Of a DNA stretch of 64,000 bases, positions 11,401-25,967 are shown piece by piece (positions within the stretch are counted from its first letter, which is position 1; each line of letters opens with the position of its first letter). Source of the stretch: Auanema rhodensis (lineage: Eukaryota > Animalia > Nematoda). The notes under the pieces were generated by a model. It did not search any database. It had not been told where the DNA came from and saw nothing but the letters and a program-made list of their open reading frames with translations. Where the stretch lies: positions 21,514,001-21,578,000 of the forward strand of contig OZ059900.1 of assembly GCA_964057225.1 (NCBI GenBank). The letters are read 5' to 3'. The position numbers and the translations under genes are program-made.

Positions 11401-14400
11401 GGTTTTGACTTACGATTTCATGTGTTCAAACTCATGCAATGTCAATGAAACCTAGCTCAAAATTGTTCCTACAACGTCTAGTTCCACTTTCACGACAAAA
11501 AAACAGGGGTTAGAAAATTAAGGAAATTAGCATATTCTGAGGGCACGCCCCTTATGGCTAATATTGATTAAATCGATTTTTGTTCATATGAGTCGTCAAA
11601 TGCAACGAATTTCAGCGTGTTACATACTTAAATGAAGCATTTTACATGCTGAACACTAGAAAAAAACAAAAACACAGTTTTTCCCATGAGAAATATTTTA
11701 TTATGCTGGAAAACCAGTTTTTGGAAATTTCGCTGTAAACAAGGTTTTGACTTACGATTTCATGTGTTCAAACTCATGCAATGTCAATGAAACCTAGCTC
11801 AAAACTGTTCGTACAACGTCTGGTTCCACTTTCACGACAAAAAAACAGGGGTTAGAAAATTTAGGAAATTAGCATATTCTGAGGGCACGCCCCTTATGGC
11901 TAATATTGATTAAATCGATTTTTGTTCATATGAGTCGTCAAATGCAACGAATTTCAGCGTGTTACATACCAAAATGAAGTATTTTACATGCTGAACACTA
12001 GAAAAATACAAAAACACAGTATTTCCCATAAGAAATATTTTATTATGCTGGAAAACCAGTTTTTGGAAATTTCGCTGTAAACAAGGTTTTGACTTACGAT
12101 TTCATGTGTTCAAACTCATGCAATGTCAATGAAACCTAGCTCAAAATTGTTCGTACAACGTCTAGTTACACTTTCACGACAAAAAAACAGGGGTTAGAAA
12201 ATTAAGGAAATTAGCATATTCTGAGGGCACGCCCCTTATGGCTAATATTGATTAAATCGATGTTTGTTCATATGAGTCGTCAAATGCAACGAATTTCAGC
12301 GTGTTACATACTAAAATGAAGTATTTTACATGCTGAACACTAGAAAAATACAAAAACACAGTATTTCCCATGAGAAATATTTTATTATGCTGGAAAACCA
12401 GTTTTTGGAAATTTCGCTGTAAACAAGGTTTTGACTTACGATTTCATGTGTTCAAACTCATGCAATGTCAATGAAACCTAGCTCAAAATTGTTTGTACAA
12501 CGTCTAGTTCCACTTTCACGACAAAAAAACAGGGGTTAGAAAATTAAGGAAATTAGCATATTCTGAGGGCACGCCCCTTATGGCTAATATTGATTAAATC
12601 GATTTTTGTTCATATGAGTAGTCAAATGCAACGAATTTCAGCGTGTTACATACTTAAATGAAGCATTTTACATGCTGAACACTAGAAAAATACAAAAACA
12701 CAGTATTTCCCATGAGAAATATTTTATTATACTGGAAACCAGTTTTTGGAATTTTCGCTGTAAACAAGGTTTTGACTTACAATTTCATGTGTTCAAACTC
12801 ATGCAATGTCAATGAAACCTAGCTCAAAATTGTTCGTACAACGTCTAGTTCCACTTTCACGACAAAAAAACAGGGGTTAGAAAATTAAGGAAATTAGCAT
12901 ATTCTGAGGGCACGCCCCTTATGGCTAATATTGATTAAATCGATTTTTGTTCATATGAGTCGTCAAATGCAACGAATTTCAGCGTGTTACATACTAAAAT
13001 GAAGCATTTTACATGCTGAACACTAGAAAAATACAAAAACACAGTATTTCCCATGAGAAATATTTTATTATGCTGGAAAACCAGTTTTTGGAAATTTCGC
13101 TGTAAACAAGGTTTTGACTTACGATTTCATGTGTTCAAACTCATGCAATGTCAATGAAACCTAGCTCAAAATTGTTCGTACAACGTCTAGTTCCACTTTC
13201 ACGACAAAAAAACAGGGGTTAGAAAATTTAGGAAATTAGCATATTCTGAGGGCACGCCCCTTATGGCTAATATTGATTAAATCGATTTTTGTTCATATGA
13301 GTCGTCAAATGCAACGAATTTCAGCGTGTTACATACTAAAATGAAGTATTTTGCATGCTGAACACTAGAAAAATACAAAAACACAGTATTTCCCATGAGA
13401 AATATTTTATTATGCTGGAAAACCAGTTTTTGGAAATTTCGCTGTAAACAAGGTTTTGACTTACGATTTCATGTGTTCAAACTCATGCAATGTCAATGAA
13501 ACCTAGCTAAAAATTGTTCCTACAACGTCTAGTTCCACTTTCACGACAAAAAACAGGGGTTAGAAAATTAAGGAAATTAGCATAATCTGAGGGCACGCCC
13601 CTTATGGCTAATATTGATTAAATCGATTTTTGTTCATATGAGTCGTCAAATGCAACGAATTTCAGCGTGTCACATACTTAAATGAAGCATTTTACATGCT
13701 GAACACTAGAAAAATACAAAAACACAGTATTTCCCATGAGAAATATTTTATTATGCTGGAAAACCACTTTTTGGAAATTTCGCTGTAAACAAGGTTTGAC
13801 TTACGATTTCATGTGTTCAAACTCATGCAATGTCAATGAAACCTAGCTCAAAACTGTTCCTACAACGTCTAGTTCCACTTTCACGACAAAAAAACAGGGG
13901 TTAGAAAATTAAGGAAATTAGCATATTCTGAGGGCACGACCCTTATGGCTAATATTGATTAAATCGATTTTTGTTCATATGAGTCGTCAAATGCAACGAA
14001 TTTCAGCGTGTTACATACTAAAATGAAGCATTTTACATGCTGAACACTAAAAAAATACAAAAACACAGTATTTCCCATGAGAAATATTTTATTATGCTGG
14101 AAAACGAGTTTTTGGAAATTTCGCTGTAAACAAGGTTTTGACTTACGATTTCATGTGTTCAAACTCATGCAATGTCAATGAAACCTAGCTCAAAATTGTT
14201 CCTACAACGTCTAGTTCCACTTTCACGACAAAAAAACAGGGGTTAGAAAATTAAGGAAATTAGCATATTCTGAGGGCACGCCCCTTATGGCTAATATTGA
14301 TTAAATCGATTTTTGTTCATATGAGTCGTCAAATGCAACGAATTTCAGCGTGTTACATACTTAAATGAAGCATTTTACATGCTGAACACTAGAAAAATAC

Positions 14401-15033
14401 AAAAACACAGTATTTCCCATGAGAAATATTTTATTATACTGGAAACCAGTTTTTGGAATTTTCGCTGTAAACAAGGTTTTGACTTACGATTTCATGTGTT
14501 CAAACTCATGCAATGTCAATGAAACCTAGCTCAAAACTGTTCGTACAACGTCTAGTTCCACTTTCACGACAAAAAAACAGGGGTTAGAAAATTTAGGAAA
14601 TTAGCATATTCTGAGGGCACGCCCCTTATGGCTAATATTGATTAAATCGATTTTTGTTCATATGAGTCGTCAAATGCAACGAATTTCAGCGTGTTACATA
14701 CTAAAATGAAGCATTTTACATGCTGAACACTAGAAAAATACAAAAACACAGTTTTTCCCATGAGAAATATTTTATTATGCTGGAAAACCAGTTTTTGGAA
14801 ATTTCGCTGTAAACAAGGTTTTGACTTACGATTTCATGTGTTCAAACTCATGCAATGTCAATGAAACCTAGCTCAAAACTGTTCGTACAACGTCTGGTTC
14901 CACTTTCACGACAAAAAAACAGGGGTTAGAAAATTTAGGAAATTAGCATATTCTGAGGGCACGCCCCTTATGGCTAATATTGATTAAATCGATTTTTGTT
15001 CATATGAGTCGTCAAATGCAATTAATTTCAGCG
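5467..15033. repeat. Large block duplication, copy 1 (28 monomers; 29-monomer period)
   Basis: Private variants recur in the same order at +9909 bp: tagcatact 8112/18021, ttcctataa 8392/18301, acataccaaaa ~11964/21873. Variants downstream of a one-monomer deletion recur at +9567 bp: ttttgcatg ~13349/22916, cacgaccc ~13935/23502. Confidence 0.88.
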
Positions 15034-15375
15034 TGTTACATACTAAAATGAAGCATTTTACATGCTGAACACTAAAAAAATACAAAAACACAGTATTTCC
15101 CATGAGAAATATTTTATTATGCTGGAAAACCAGTTTTTGGAAAGTTCGCTGTAAACAAGGTTTTGACTTACGATTTCATGTGTTCAAACTCATGCAATGT
15201 CAATGAAACCTAGCTCAAAATTGTTCGTACAACGTCTAGTTCCACTTTCACGACAAAAAAACAGGGGTTAGAAAATTAAGGAAATTAGCATATTCTGAGG
15301 GCACGCCCTTTATGGCTAATATTGATTAAATCGATTTTTGTTCATATGAGTCGTCAAATGCAACGAATTTCAGCG

Positions 15376-18300
15376 TGTTACATACTTAAATGAAGCATTT
15401 TACATGCTGAACACTAGAAAAATACAAAAACACAGTTTTTCCCATGAGAAATATTTTATTATGCTGGAAAACCAGTTTTTGGAAATTTCGCTGTAAACAA
15501 GGTTTTGACTTACGATTTCATGTGTTCAAACTCATGCAATGTCAATGAAACCTAGCTCAAAATTGTTCGTACAACGTCTAGTTCCACTTTCACGACAAAA
15601 AAACAGGGGTTAGAAAATTAAGGAAATTAGCATATTCTGAGGGCACGCCCCTTATGGCTAATATTGATTAAATCGATTTTTGTTCATATGAGTCGTCAAA
15701 TGCAACGAATTTCAGCGTGTTACATACTAAAATGAAGCATTTTACATGCTGAACACTAAAAAAATACAAAAACACAGTATTTCCCATGAGAAATATTTTA
15801 TTATGCTGGAAAACGAGTTTTTGGAAATTTCGCTGTAAACAAGGTTTTGACTTACGATTTCATGTGTTCAAACTCATGCAATGTCAATGAAACCTAGCTC
15901 AAAATTGTTCCTACAACGTCTAGTTCCACTTTCACGACAAAAAAACAGGGGTTAGAAAATTAAGGAAATTAGCATATTCTGAGGGCACGCCCCTTATGGC
16001 TAATATTGATTAAATCGATTTTTGTTCATATGAGTCGTCAAATGCAACGAATTTCAGCGTGTTACATACTTAAATGAAGCATTTTACATGCTGAACACTA
16101 GAAAAATACAAAAACACAGTTTTTCCCATGAGAAATATTTTATTATGCTGGAAAACCAGTTTTTGGAAATTTCGCTGTAAACAAGGTTTTGACTTACGAT
16201 TTCATGTGTTCAAACTCATGCAATGTCAATGAAACCTAGCTCAAAATTGTTCGTACAACGTCTAGTTCCACTTTCACGACAAAAAAACAGGGGTTAGAAA
16301 ATTAAGGAAATTAGCATATTCTGAGGGCACGCCCCTTATGGCTAATATTGATTAAATCGATTTTTGTTCATATGAGTCGTCAAATGCAACGAATTTCAGC
16401 GTGTTACATACTAAAATGAAGCATTTTACATGCTGAACACTAGAAAAATACAAAAACACAGTATTTCCCATGAGAAATATTTTATTATGCTGGAAAACCA
16501 GTTTTTGGAAAGTTCGCTGTAAACAAGGTTTTGACTTACGATTTCATGTGTTCAAACTCATGCAATGTCAATGAAACCTAGCTCAAAATTGTTCGTACAA
16601 CGTCTAGTTCCACTTTCACGACAAAAAAACAGGGGTTAGAAAATTAAGGAAATTAGCATATTCTGAGGGCACGCCCCTTATGGCTAATATTGATTAAATC
16701 GATTTTTGTTCATATGAGTCGTCAAATGCAATTAATTTCAGCGTGTTACATACTAAAATGAAGCATTTTACATGCTGAACACTAAAAAAATACAAAAACA
16801 CAGTATTTCCCATGAGAAATATTTTATTATGCTGGAAAACCAGTTTTTGGAAAGTTCGCTGTAAACAAGGTTTTGACTTACGATTTCATGTGTTCAAACT
16901 CATGCAATGTCAATGAAACCTAGCTCAAAATTGTTCGTACAACGTCTAGTTCCACTTTCACGACAAAAAAACAGGGGTTAGAAAATTAAGGAAATTAGCA
17001 TATTCTGAGGGCACGCCCCTTATGGCTAATATTGATTAAATCGATTTTTGTTCATATGAGTCGTCAAATGCAATTAATTTCAGCGTGTTACATACTAAAA
17101 TGAAGCATTTTACATGCTGAACACTAAAAAAATACAAAAACACAGTATTTCCCATGAGAAATATTTTATTATGCTGGAAAACCAGTTTTTGGAAAGTTCG
17201 CTGTAAACAAGGTTTTGACTTACGATTTCATGTGTTCAAACTCATGCAATGTCAATGAAACCTAGCTCAAAATTGTTCGTACAACGTCTAGTTCCACTTT
17301 CACGACAAAAAAACAGGGGTTAGAAAATTAAGGAAATTAGCATATTCTGAGGGCACGCCCCTTATGGCTAATATTGATTAAATCGATTTTTGTTCATATG
17401 AGTCGTCAAATGCAATTAATTTCAGCGTGTTACATACTAAAATGAAGCATTTTACATGCTGAACACTAAAAAAATACAAAAACACAGTATTTCCCATGAG
17501 AAATATTTTATTATGCTGGAAAACGAGTTTTTGGAAATTTCGCTGTAAACAAGGTTTTGACTTACGATTTCATGTGTTCAAACTCATGCAATGTCAATGA
17601 AACCTAGCTCAAAATTGTTCCTACAACGTCTAGTTCCACTTTCACGACAAAAAAACAGGGGTTAGAAAATTAAGGAAATTAGCATATTCTGAGGGCACGC
17701 CCCTTATGGCTAATATTGATTAAATCGATTTTTGTTCATATGAGTCGTCAAATGCAATTAATTTCAGCGTGTTACATACTTAAATGAAGCATTTTACATG
17801 CTGAACACTAGAAAAATACAAAAACACAGTATTTCCCATGAGAAATATTTTATTATACTGGAAACCAGTTTTTGGAATTTTCGCTGTAAACAAGGTTTTG
17901 ACTTACGATTTCATGTGTTCAAACTCATGCAATGTCAATGAAACCTAGCTCAAAACTGTTCGTACAACGTCTAGTTCCACTTTCACGACAAAAAAACAGG
18001 GGTTAGAAAATTTAGGAAATTAGCATACTCTGAGGGCACGCCCCTTATGGCTAATATTGATTAAATCGATTTTTGTTCATATGAGTCGTCAAATGCAATT
18101 AATTTCAGCGTGTTACATACTAAAATGAAGCATTTTACATGCTGAACACTAAAAAAATACAAAAACACAGTATTTCCCATGAGAAATATTTTATTATGCT
18201 GGAAAACGAGTTTTTGGAAATTTCGCTGTAAACAAGGTTTTGACTTACGATTTCATGTGTTCAAACTCATGCAATGTCAATGAAACCTAGCTCAAAATTG

Positions 18301-21300
18301 TTCCTATAACGTCTAGTTCCACTTTCACGACAAAAAAACAGGGGTTAGAAAATTAAGGAAATTAGCATATTCTGAGGGCACGCCCCTTATGGCTAATATT
18401 GATTAAATCGATTTTTGTTCATATGAGTCGTCAAATGCAACGAATTTCAGCGTGTTACATACTTAAATGAAGCATTTTACATGCTGAACACTAGAAAAAT
18501 ACAAAAACACAGTATTTCCCATGAGAAATATTTTATTATACTGGAAACCAGTTTTTGGAATTTTCGCTGTAAACAAGGTTTTGACTTACGATTTCATGTG
18601 TTCAAACTCATGCAATGTCAATGAAACCTAGCTCAAAACTGTTCGTACAACGTCTAGTTCCACTTTCACGACAAAAAAACAGGGGTTAGAAAATTTAGGA
18701 AATTAGCATATTCTGAGGGCACGCCCCTTATGGCTAATATTGATTAAATCGATTTTTGTTCATATGAGTCGTCAAATGCAACGAATTTCAGCGTGTTACA
18801 TACTAAAATGAAGTATTTTACATGCTGAACACTAGAAAAGTACAAAAACACAGTATTTCCCATAAGAAATATTTTATTATACTGGAAACCAGTTTTTGGA
18901 ATTTTCGCTGTAAACAAGGTTTTGACTTACGATTTCATGTGTTCAAACTCATGCAATGTCAATGAAACCTAGCTCAAAATTGTTCGTACAACGTCTAGTT
19001 CCACTTTCACGACAAAAAAACAGGGGTTAGAAAATTAAGGAAATTAGCATATTCTGAGGGCACGCCCCTTATGGCTAATATTGATTAAATCGATTTTTGT
19101 TCATATGAGTCGTCAAATGCAATTAATTTCAGCGTGTTACATACTTAAATGAAGCATTTTACATGCTGAACACTAGAAAAATACAAAAACACAGTATTTC
19201 CCATGAGAAATATTTTATTATACTGGAAACCAGTTTTTGGAATTTTCGCTGTAAACAAGGTTTTGACTTACGATTTCATGTGTTCAAACTCATGCAATGT
19301 CAATGAAACCTAGCTCAAAACTGTTCGTACAACGTCTAGTTCCACTTTCACGACAAAAAAACAGGGGTTAGAAAATTTAGGAAATTAGCATATTCTGAGG
19401 GCACGCCCCTTATGGCTAATATTGATTAAATCGATTTTTGTTCATATGAGTCGTCAAATGCAACGAATTTCAGCGTGTTACATACTAAAATGAAGCATTT
19501 TACATGCTGAACACTAGAAAAATACAAAAACACAGTTTTTCCCATGAGAAATATTTTATTATGCTGGAAAACCAGTTTTTGGAAATTTCGCTGTAAACAA
19601 GGTTTTGACTTACGATTTCATGTGTTCAAACTCATGCAATGTCAATGAAACCTAGCTCAAAATTGTTCGTACAACGTCTAGTTCCACTTTCACGACAAAA
19701 AAACAGGGGTTAGAAAATTTAGGAAATTAGCATATTCTGAGGGCACGCCCCTTATGGCTAATATTGATTAAATCGATTTTTGTTCATATGAGTCGTCAAA
19801 TGCAACGAATTTCATCGTGTTACATACTAAAATGAAGTATTTTACATGCTGAACACTAGAAAAATACAAAAACACAGTATTTCCCATGAGAAATATTTTA
19901 TTATGCTGGAAAACCAGTTTTTGGAAGTTTCGCTGTAAACAAGGTTTTGACTTACGATTTCATGTGTTCAAACTCATGCAATGTCAATGAAACCTAGCTC
20001 AAAATTGTTCCTACAACGTCTAATTCCACTTTCACGACAAAAAAACAGGGGTTAGAAAATTAAGGAAATTAGCATATTCTGAGGGCACGCCCCTTATGGC
20101 TAATATTGATTAAATCGATTTTTGTTCATATGAGTCGTCAAATGCAACGAATTTCAGCGTGTTACATACTAAAATGAAGCATTTCACATGCTGAACACTA
20201 TAAAAATACAAAAACACAGTATTTCCCATGAGAAATATTTTATTATGCTGGAAAACCAGTTTTTGGAAATTTCGCTGTAAACAAGGTTTTGACTTACGAT
20301 TTCATGTGTTCAAACTCATGCAATGTCAATGAAACCTAGCTCAAAATTGTTCCTACAACGTCTAGTTCCACTTTCACGACAAAAAACAGGGGTTAGAAAA
20401 TTAAGGAAATTAGCATATTCTGAGGGCACGCCCCTTATGGCTAATATTGATTAAATCGATTTTTGTTCATATGAGTCGTCAAATGCAACGAATTTCAGCG
20501 TGTTACATACTAAAATGAAGCATTTTACATGCTGAACACTAGAAAAATACAAAAACACAGTATTTCCCATGAGAAATATTTTATTATGCTGGAAAACCAG
20601 TTTTTGGAAAGTTCGCTGTAAACAAGGTTTTGACTTACGATTTCATGTGTTCAAACTCATGCAATGTCAATGAAACCTAGCTCAAAATTGTTCGTACAAC
20701 GTCTAGTTCCACTTTCACGACAAAAAAACAGGGGTTAGAAAATTAAGGAAATTAGCATATTCTGAGGGCACGCCCCTTATGGCTAATATTGATTAAATCG
20801 ATTTTTGTTCATATGAGTCGTCAAATGCAATTAATTTCAGCGTGTTACATACTAAAATGAAGCATTTTACATGCTGAACACTAAAAAAATACAAAAACAC
20901 AGTATTTCCCATGAGAAATATTTTATTATGCTGGAAAACCAGTTTTTGGAAAGTTCGCTGTAAACAAGGTTTTGACTTACGATTTCATGTGTTCAAACTC
21001 ATGCAATGTCAATGAAACCTAGCTCAAAATTGTTCGTACAACGTCTAGTTCCACTTTCACGACAAAAAAACAGGGGTTAGAAAATTAAGGAAATTAGCAT
21101 ATTCTGAGGGCACGCCCCTTATGGCTAATATTGATTAAATCGATTTTTGTTCATATGAGTCGTCAAATGCAATTAATTTCAGCGTGTTACATACTAAAAT
21201 GAAGCATTTTACATGCTGAACACTAAAAAAATACAAAAACACAGTATTTCCCATGAGAAATATTTTATTATGCTGGAAAACGAGTTTTTGGAAATTTCGC

Positions 21301-24300
21301 TGTAAACAAGGTTTTGACTTACGATTTCATGTGTTCAAACTCATGCAATGTCAATGAAACCTAGCTCAAAATTGTTCCTACAACGTCTAGTTCCACTTTC
21401 ACGACAAAAAAACAGGGGTTAGAAAATTAAGGAAATTAGCATATTCTGAGGGCACGCCCCTTATGGCTAATATTGATTAAATCGATTTTTGTTCATATGA
21501 GTCGTCAAATGCAACGAATTTCAGCGTGTTACATACTTAAATGAAGCATTTTACATGCTGAACACTAGAAAAAAACAAAAACACAGTTTTTCCCATGAGA
21601 AATATTTTATTATGCTGGAAAACCAGTTTTTGGAAATTTCGCTGTAAACAAGGTTTTGACTTACGATTTCATGTGTTCAAACTCATGCAATGTCAATGAA
21701 ACCTAGCTCAAAACTGTTCGTACAACGTCTGGTTCCACTTTCACGACAAAAAAACAGGGGTTAGAAAATTTAGGAAATTAGCATATTCTGAGGGCACGCC
21801 CCTTATGGCTAATATTGATTAAATCGATTTTTGTTCATATGAGTCGTCAAATGCAACGAATTTCAGCGTGTTACATACCAAAATGAAGTATTTTACATGC
21901 TGAACACTAGAAAAATACAAAAACACAGTATTTCCCATAAGAAATATTTTATTATGCTGGAAAACCAGTTTTTGGAAATTTCGCTGTAAACAAGGTTTTG
22001 ACTTACGATTTCATGTGTTCAAACTCATGCAATGTCAATGAAACCTAGCTCAAAATTGTTCGTACAACGTCTAGTTACACTTTCACGACAAAAAAACAGG
22101 GGTTAGAAAATTAAGGAAATTAGCATATTCTGAGGGCACGCCCCTTATGGCTAATATTGATTAAATCGATGTTTGTTCATATGAGTCGTCAAATGCAACG
22201 AATTTCAGCGTGTTACATACTAAAATGAAGTATTTTACATGCTGAACACTAGAAAAATACAAAAACACAGTATTTCCCATGAGAAATATTTTATTATGCT
22301 GGAAAACCAGTTTTTGGAAATTTCGCTGTAAACAAGGTTTTGACTTACGATTTCATGTGTTCAAACTCATGCAATGTCAATGAAACCTAGCTCAAAATTG
22401 TTTGTACAACGTCTAGTTCCACTTTCACGACAAAAAAACAGGGGTTAGAAAATTAAGGAAATTAGCATATTCTGAGGGCACGCCCCTTATGGCTAATATT
22501 GATTAAATCGATTTTTGTTCATATGAGTAGTCAAATGCAACGAATTTCAGCGTGTTACATACTTAAATGAAGCATTTTACATGCTGAACACTAGAAAAAT
22601 ACAAAAACACAGTATTTCCCATGAGAAATATTTTATTATACTGGAAACCAGTTTTTGGAATTTTCGCTGTAAACAAGGTTTTGACTTACAATTTCATGTG
22701 TTCAAACTCATGCAATGTCAATGAAACCTAGCTCAAAATTGTTCGTACAACGTCTAGTTCCACTTTCACGACAAAAAAACAGGGGTTAGAAAATTAAGGA
22801 AATTAGCATATTCTGAGGGCACGCCCCTTATGGCTAATATTGATTAAATCGATTTTTGTTCATATGAGTCGTCAAATGCAACGAATTTCAGCGTGTTACA
22901 TACTAAAATGAAGTATTTTGCATGCTGAACACTAGAAAAATACAAAAACACAGTATTTCCCATGAGAAATATTTTATTATGCTGGAAAACCAGTTTTTGG
23001 AAATTTCGCTGTAAACAAGGTTTTGACTTACGATTTCATGTGTTCAAACTCATGCAATGTCAATGAAACCTAGCTAAAAATTGTTCCTACAACGTCTAGT
23101 TCCACTTTCACGACAAAAAACAGGGGTTAGAAAATTAAGGAAATTAGCATAATCTGAGGGCACGCCCCTTATGGCTAATATTGATTAAATCGATTTTTGT
23201 TCATATGAGTCGTCAAATGCAACGAATTTCAGCGTGTCACATACTTAAATGAAGCATTTTACATGCTGAACACTAGAAAAATACAAAAACACAGTATTTC
23301 CCATGAGAAATATTTTATTATGCTGGAAAACCACTTTTTGGAAATTTCGCTGTAAACAAGGTTTGACTTACGATTTCATGTGTTCAAACTCATGCAATGT
23401 CAATGAAACCTAGCTCAAAACTGTTCCTACAACGTCTAGTTCCACTTTCACGACAAAAAAACAGGGGTTAGAAAATTAAGGAAATTAGCATATTCTGAGG
23501 GCACGACCCTTATGGCTAATATTGATTAAATCGATTTTTGTTCATATGAGTCGTCAAATGCAACGAATTTCAGCGTGTTACATACTAAAATGAAGCATTT
23601 TACATGCTGAACACTAAAAAAATACAAAAACACAGTATTTCCCATGAGAAATATTTTATTATGCTGGAAAACGAGTTTTTGGAAATTTCGCTGTAAACAA
23701 GGTTTTGACTTACGATTTCATGTGTTCAAACTCATGCAATGTCAATGAAACCTAGCTCAAAATTGTTCCTACAACGTCTAGTTCCACTTTCACGACAAAA
23801 AAACAGGGGTTAGAAAATTAAGGAAATTAGCATATTCTGAGGGCACGCCCCTTATGGCTAATATTGATTAAATCGATTTTTGTTCATATGAGTCGTCAAA
23901 TGCAACGAATTTCAGCGTGTTACATACTTAAATGAAGCATTTTACATGCTGAACACTAGAAAAATACAAAAACACAGTATTTCCCATGAGAAATATTTTA
24001 TTATACTGGAAACCAGTTTTTGGAATTTTCGCTGTAAACAAGGTTTTGACTTACGATTTCATGTGTTCAAACTCATGCAATGTCAATGAAACCTAGCTCA
24101 AAACTGTTCGTACAACGTCTAGTTCCACTTTCACGACAAAAAAACAGGGGTTAGAAAATTTAGGAAATTAGCATATTCTGAGGGCACGCCCCTTATGGCT
24201 AATATTGATTAAATCGATTTTTGTTCATATGAGTCGTCAAATGCAACGAATTTCAGCGTGTTACATACTAAAATGAAGCATTTTACATGCTGAACACTAG

Positions 24301-24600
24301 AAAAATACAAAAACACAGTTTTTCCCATGAGAAATATTTTATTATGCTGGAAAACCAGTTTTTGGAAATTTCGCTGTAAACAAGGTTTTGACTTACGATT
24401 TCATGTGTTCAAACTCATGCAATGTCAATGAAACCTAGCTCAAAACTGTTCGTACAACGTCTGGTTCCACTTTCACGACAAAAAAACAGGGGTTAGAAAA
24501 TTTAGGAAATTAGCATATTCTGAGGGCACGCCCCTTATGGCTAATATTGATTAAATCGATTTTTGTTCATATGAGTCGTCAAATGCAACGAATTTCAGCG
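15376..24600. repeat. Large block duplication, copy 2 (27 monomers; lacks the monomer equivalent to 12985-13326)
   Basis: Same monomer-type order as 5467-15033, with one monomer missing near 22894. Confidence 0.88.
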
Positions 24601-25967
24601 TGTTACATACTAAAATGAAGTATTTTACATGCTGAACACTAGAAAAATACAAAAACACAGTATTTCCCATAAGAAATATTTTATTATGCTGGAAAACCAG
24701 TTTTTGGAAATTTCGCTGTAAACAAGGTTTTGACTTACGATTTCATGTGTTCAAACTCATGCAATGTCAATGAAACCTAGCTCAAAATTGTTCGTACAAC
24801 GTCTAGTTACACTTTCACGACAAAAAAACAGGGGTTAGAAAATTAAGGAAATTAGCATATTCTGAGGGCACGCCCCTTATGGCTAATATTGATTAAATCG
24901 ATGTTTGTTCATATGAGTCGTCAAATGCAACGAATTTCAGCGTGTTACATACTAAAATGAAGTATTTTACATGCTGAACACTAGAAAAATACAAAAACAC
25001 AGTATTTCCCATGAGAAATATTTTATTATGCTGGAAAACCAGTTTTTGGAAATTTCGCTGTAAACAAGGTTTTGACTTACGATTTCATGTGTTCAAACTC
25101 ATGCAATGTCAATGAAACCTAGCTCAAAATTGTTTGTACAACGTCTAGTTCCACTTTCACGACAAAAAAACAGGGGTTAGAAAATTAAGGAAATTAGCAT
25201 ATTCTGAGGGCACGCCCCTTATGGCTAATATTGATTAAATCGATTTTTGTTCATATGAGTAGTCAAATGCAACGAATTTCAGCGTGTTACATACTTAAAT
25301 GAAGCATTTTACATGCTGAACACTAGAAAAATACAAAAACACAGTATTTCCCATGAGAAATATTTTATTATACTGGAAACCAGTTTTTGGAATTTTCGCT
25401 GTAAACAAGGTTTTGACTTACAATTTCATGTGTTCAAACTCATGCAATGTCAATGAAACCTAGCTCAAAATTGTTCGTACAACGTCTAGTTCCACTTTCA
25501 CGACAAAAAAACAGGGGTTAGAAAATTAAGGAAATTAGCATATTCTGAGGGCACGCCCCTTATGGCTAATATTGATTAAATCGATTTTTGTTCATATGAG
25601 TCGTCAAATGCAACGAATTTCAGCGTGTTACATACTAAAATGAAGCATTTTACATGCTGAACACTAGAAAAATACAAAAACACAGTATTTCCCATGAGAA
25701 ATATTTTATTATGCTGGAAAACCAGTTTTTGGAAATTTCGCTGTAAACAAGGTTTTGACTTACGATTTCATGTGTTCAAACTCATGCAATGTCAATGAAA
25801 CCTAGCTCAAAATTGTTCCTACAACGTCTAATTCCACTTTCACGACAAAAAAACAGGGGTTAGAAAATTAAGGAAATTAGCACATTCTGAGGGCACGCCC
25901 CTTATGGCTAATATTGATTAAATCGATTTTTGTTCATATGAGTCGTCAAATGCAACAAATTTCAGCG

